Shown: positions 6,891-9,571 of the stretch, piece by piece
How positions within the stretch are numbered: the first letter of the stretch is position 1
Layout of the letters: the number at the start of each line of letters is the position of its first letter
Assembly (NCBI RefSeq): GCF_006345805.1
Contig: NW_021827922.1
Location: forward strand, 1 to 9,571
Reading direction: 5' to 3'
Length of the DNA: 9,571 nucleotides
DNA from: Octopus sinensis
Lineage: Eukaryota
The notes under the pieces: generated by a model
What the model saw: only the letters and a program-made list of their open reading frames with translations
The model's database searches: none
Told to the model about the DNA's origin: nothing
Position numbers and translations under genes: made by a program

Positions 6891-6979
6891 TATATTTTCA
6901 CTCATGCAGTACTGCAGTACCCTGCAAGTTTTCTTTGTTATATATGTATATATATATATATAATATATATATATATAGT

Positions 6980-7660
6980 TTCTGTTCTCAATTCTTCCTA
7001 TACTTTTCTCAATATCGATCGATTATGTCCACTATATGTCCCGCAGACACTTCGTTTTTGGTTAACACCAGATCTCTCTGAGTCTTTCCAGATCATTTTC
7101 AACGCATATATTTTATGTCATTCTACTTTTTGCTGCCATCAGATTTTCATTCCAGCATCCCATCTGTTATTTTGCCTTCATTCATCCTCAATACATAACC
7201 CAACAATTTCAACATTCTTATTCTCCTTATTACTATTATTCGCCGTCTGTCCTGTTCTCCTAAATATTTCCTACTTAGTGATACAAACCTTTTATGTCAT
7301 ACGCAGTATATTCCATTGAGTTATTTGAAAGAATGTATTCAGTTTTTCCTTATTTTACTTGTGCACTATTAGTTAGGCATATTAATCTTTAGGCTGCAAT
7401 TCCAATTTTTATACTGATGGTTTTTTAATCTCCAGATCTTGGCAATTCGACCAAATACTGCTCTAACTTTCCAAGTTCCGATGCTGACATCTGATTGGCT
7501 GCTTTCATCAGCACATATTTTTACCGCCCAGGTAGGTGATGTAAGGTACATTTGCTAAGTTTTATAGTTTCTGTGTTTTAACTCTTCAGCGTTCTTAATG
7601 ATTTTTATACTTTCTGACGTAGGACATTTAGAGTTTTGTACTATCTGCACCAACAGGCAA
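6980..7660 (-). mobile_element. Decayed RTE-clade LINE ORF2 C-terminal fragment
   Basis: Frameshift-corrected minus translation gives TYLGGK/ICADESSQSDVSIGTWKVRAVFGRIAKIWRLK/TISIK (about 7537-7410), EIFRRTGQ, LGYVLRMNEGKIT (about 7203-7165) and VENDLERLREIW (about 7105-7068). These match RTE post-RT motifs (TYLGS, KIW, LGHVLRM). Multiple stops and frameshifts; boundaries approximate. Confidence 0.8.
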
Positions 7661-7680
7661 ACTGACGTTTTTTCATTGTG

Positions 7681-7737
7681 CTCTCTCTCCTCTCCCTCTC
7701 TCCCTCTCCCTCCCTCTCTTCCTCTCTACCTTTTTTT
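7681..7737. repeat. (CT/CCT)n polypyrimidine tract
   Basis: Read directly from the sequence. Confidence 0.9.
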
Positions 7738-7819
7738 ATTTTGTTTTATTATGAACAGTTTTTTTGCTTCTTGTATTGGTCACAGGATAGCAAATTAATA
7801 TATGAGGATTTAAAAATAT

Positions 7820-7864
7820 TGTATATAATAATATATATTATGTACATATACTCTTGTGTGTGCG

Positions 7865-7911
<47 letters not shown>

Positions 7912-7914
7912 ATA

Positions 7915-7947
<33 letters not shown>

Positions 7948-8039
7948 CTCTATCTATCTAATCTATCTATCTATTCTATATATATAATATATATATATAT
8001 ATAATATATTATATATATATATATTATATATATAATATC

Positions 8040-8131
<92 letters not shown>

Positions 8132-8144
8132 TATATATATATAT
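7820..8144. repeat. Compound (AT)n-(AC)n-(TATC)n-(AT)n array
   Basis: (TATC)n at about 7915-7978; (AT)n with CTGTCT interruptions at 8039 and 8093. Confidence 0.96.
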
Positions 8145-8595
8145 TCCCCTGGACACTCTCCTTCCGCAGATGAGCGTATAAGCAGAACCACATACTAGTA
8201 TGCATGTGCGACCGATAATGATTACGCTACTAGAGCTGCTTTTAATTTGCAATTTAATTTGGGGTCATATGTGCTATGTTGTAGCACATCAGCAAATGAA
8301 TCCCCCCCCCCCATTTGAAGTCCCATACCAGCAATTCATTTCGTTTCGATCTGTTCCGCGTACATAGTATTGATCAGCCGCTATAATAGGAAAATATTGA
8401 TATCAACCATTTTCGGTCGTCTGAGATTGGTCTGGGACGTTGGCTGCTCTTTACCAATTGGTGTCGTGCAGGGAGCTTTCTCTGGACGCTATCCCGCAGC
8501 AAAGAACGAATAAAGAAATGACAAAGACTACGTATGTGAGATGGATAATATTTATATTAATAGAGCTTCTTTTAATGCGCTATTTAATATATACG

Positions 8596-8718
8596 CTTTG
8601 TGTGTGTGTGTGTGTCTTTGTCTGTGTATGTCTGTCTTTGTGTGTGTGTGTGTCTTTGTCTGTGTATGTCTGTCTTTGTGTGTGTGTGTGTCTTTGTCTG
8701 TGTATGTCTGTCTTTGTG
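8596..8718. repeat. Minisatellite, 3.2 copies of a 38-40 bp unit built from (TG)n
   Basis: Units 8596-8635, 8636-8673 and 8674-8711 = CTTTG(TG)6-7TCTTTGTCTGTGTATGTCTGT; they differ only in TG count. Confidence 0.95.
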
Positions 8719-8749
8719 GCGCGCGCGTGTGTGTGTGTATTTGGGTGAA

Positions 8750-9067
8750 GGTACGTGGCTTAGTGGTTAGGGCATTCGGCTCACGATTGTAAGGTCGTGA
8801 GTTCAATTGCCGGCGACGCGTTTTGTCCTTGAGCAAGACACTTTATTTCACGTTGCTCCAGTCCACTCAGCTGGCAAAAATGAATAGTACCTGTATTTCA
8901 AACGAGCTGGCCTTGTCACATTCTGTGTCAAAGTGAATTTCCCAGTGAACTACGGTAAGGGTACGCTTGTCTGTGGAGTGCTCAGCCACTTGCACGTTAA
9001 TTTCACGAGGAAGCTGTTCTGTTGATCGGATCAACTGGAAGACGCGTCGTCGTAACAACAAGGGTAC
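8750..9067 (+). mobile_element. tRNA-derived SINE, family C copy C1 (CORE-like)
   Basis: A box TGGCTTAGTGGTTAG and B box GAGTTCAATTGCC, followed by GTCCTTGAGCAAGACACTT...CAGCTGGCAAAAATG, which resembles the CORE domain. The 3' part matches 9475-9571 inverted. Confidence 0.88.
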
Positions 9068-9474
9068 GGTTGGACATTTATTTCATTACAACTGTTTCTA
9101 CGCAACGTAGTTCTCCAGGCGTGTGGGTACTTGATTATGCAACCGTTTCCCTGCATTATGAGATGTAGTTGTGTTTCCTCGGGTGATATGTAAATATTGT
9201 CTCCGTAAGTTTGAAATTCTCGGCTTCAAGAACATCTCTCTGTAGTGGCCTGACTTTAGTAGTAGTCACTGAGCTTTTCAGGGAGTGTTGTTGCTGAAGG
9301 ACCTTTGGCAAATTATCTATTCACACACCACAGAAGCCCAAACGCAAATCTGGAAGTACATATAATACTACTACTGGATAGCACAAAGTGAAATCTGAGA
9401 GTGGACGAGCTTTATTCTGTACACTACTACGTGTTTAACAGGATATTCCATAACTATATATCTGTGAATTGGAA

Positions 9475-9571
9475 GCACTCCGTCGGTTACGACGATGAGG
9501 GTTCCGGTTGATTCCGAATCAACGGAACGCCTGCTCGTGAATTAACGTGTAGTGGCTGAGCACTCCACAGA
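9475..9571 (-). mobile_element. tRNA-derived SINE, family C copy C2 (3' end; runs off the window)
   Basis: The reverse complement TCTGTGGAGTGCTCAGCCAC...CGTCGTAAC aligns to 8970-9056. Confidence 0.88.

Noticed and set aside
6905-6926. Overlapping palindromes TGCAGTACTGCAGTAC
   Set aside because: Simply a short duplication of a self-complementary 8-mer with no supporting context.
2587-7590. Other CTGANGA hammerhead-like heptamers (2587, 6026, minus-strand 7505-7511 and about 7584-7590)
   Set aside because: None has a matching GAAA, stem II/III and stem I in correct topology.
8472-8531. 60-nt AG...GTATGT bounded candidate exon (ELSLDAIPQQRTNKEMTKT)
   Set aside because: Weak pyrimidine tract, no recognisable product and no neighbouring exons to link.
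8750-8820. tRNA gene calls at SINE heads (also 4763 and 5012)
   Set aside because: They have A/B boxes but no complete cloverleaf or acceptor stem, and they continue into SINE bodies.
1-9571. CRISPR array or prokaryotic operon
   Set aside because: No regularly spaced repeats with unique spacers and no cas-like ORFs; the sequence is eukaryotic repeat-rich DNA.

Overview
Repeat-dense eukaryotic DNA, most likely octopus (inferred from recalled resemblance of the tRNA-derived SINE families and the heavy microsatellite load; not verified by search). No host protein-coding gene can be confidently called, and most ORF-track entries are translations of microsatellites or SINEs. The window holds at least 9 tRNA-SINE copies from three families, a decayed RTE-clade LINE 3' fragment (about 6980-7660, minus), a TA-flanked fold-back MITE-like element (6765-6890) and many simple repeats. 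The strongest signal is a minimal type I hammerhead ribozyme on the + strand at 247-336 (CUGAUGA...GAAA core, GUC cleavage triplet, palindromic stem III). It lies in a non-coding 583-bp unit bounded by a ~55-bp direct repeat (1-55 / 584-638), which suggests a Penelope-like pseudo-LTR or a retrozyme-type element. The window edge hides the upstream part of that unit.
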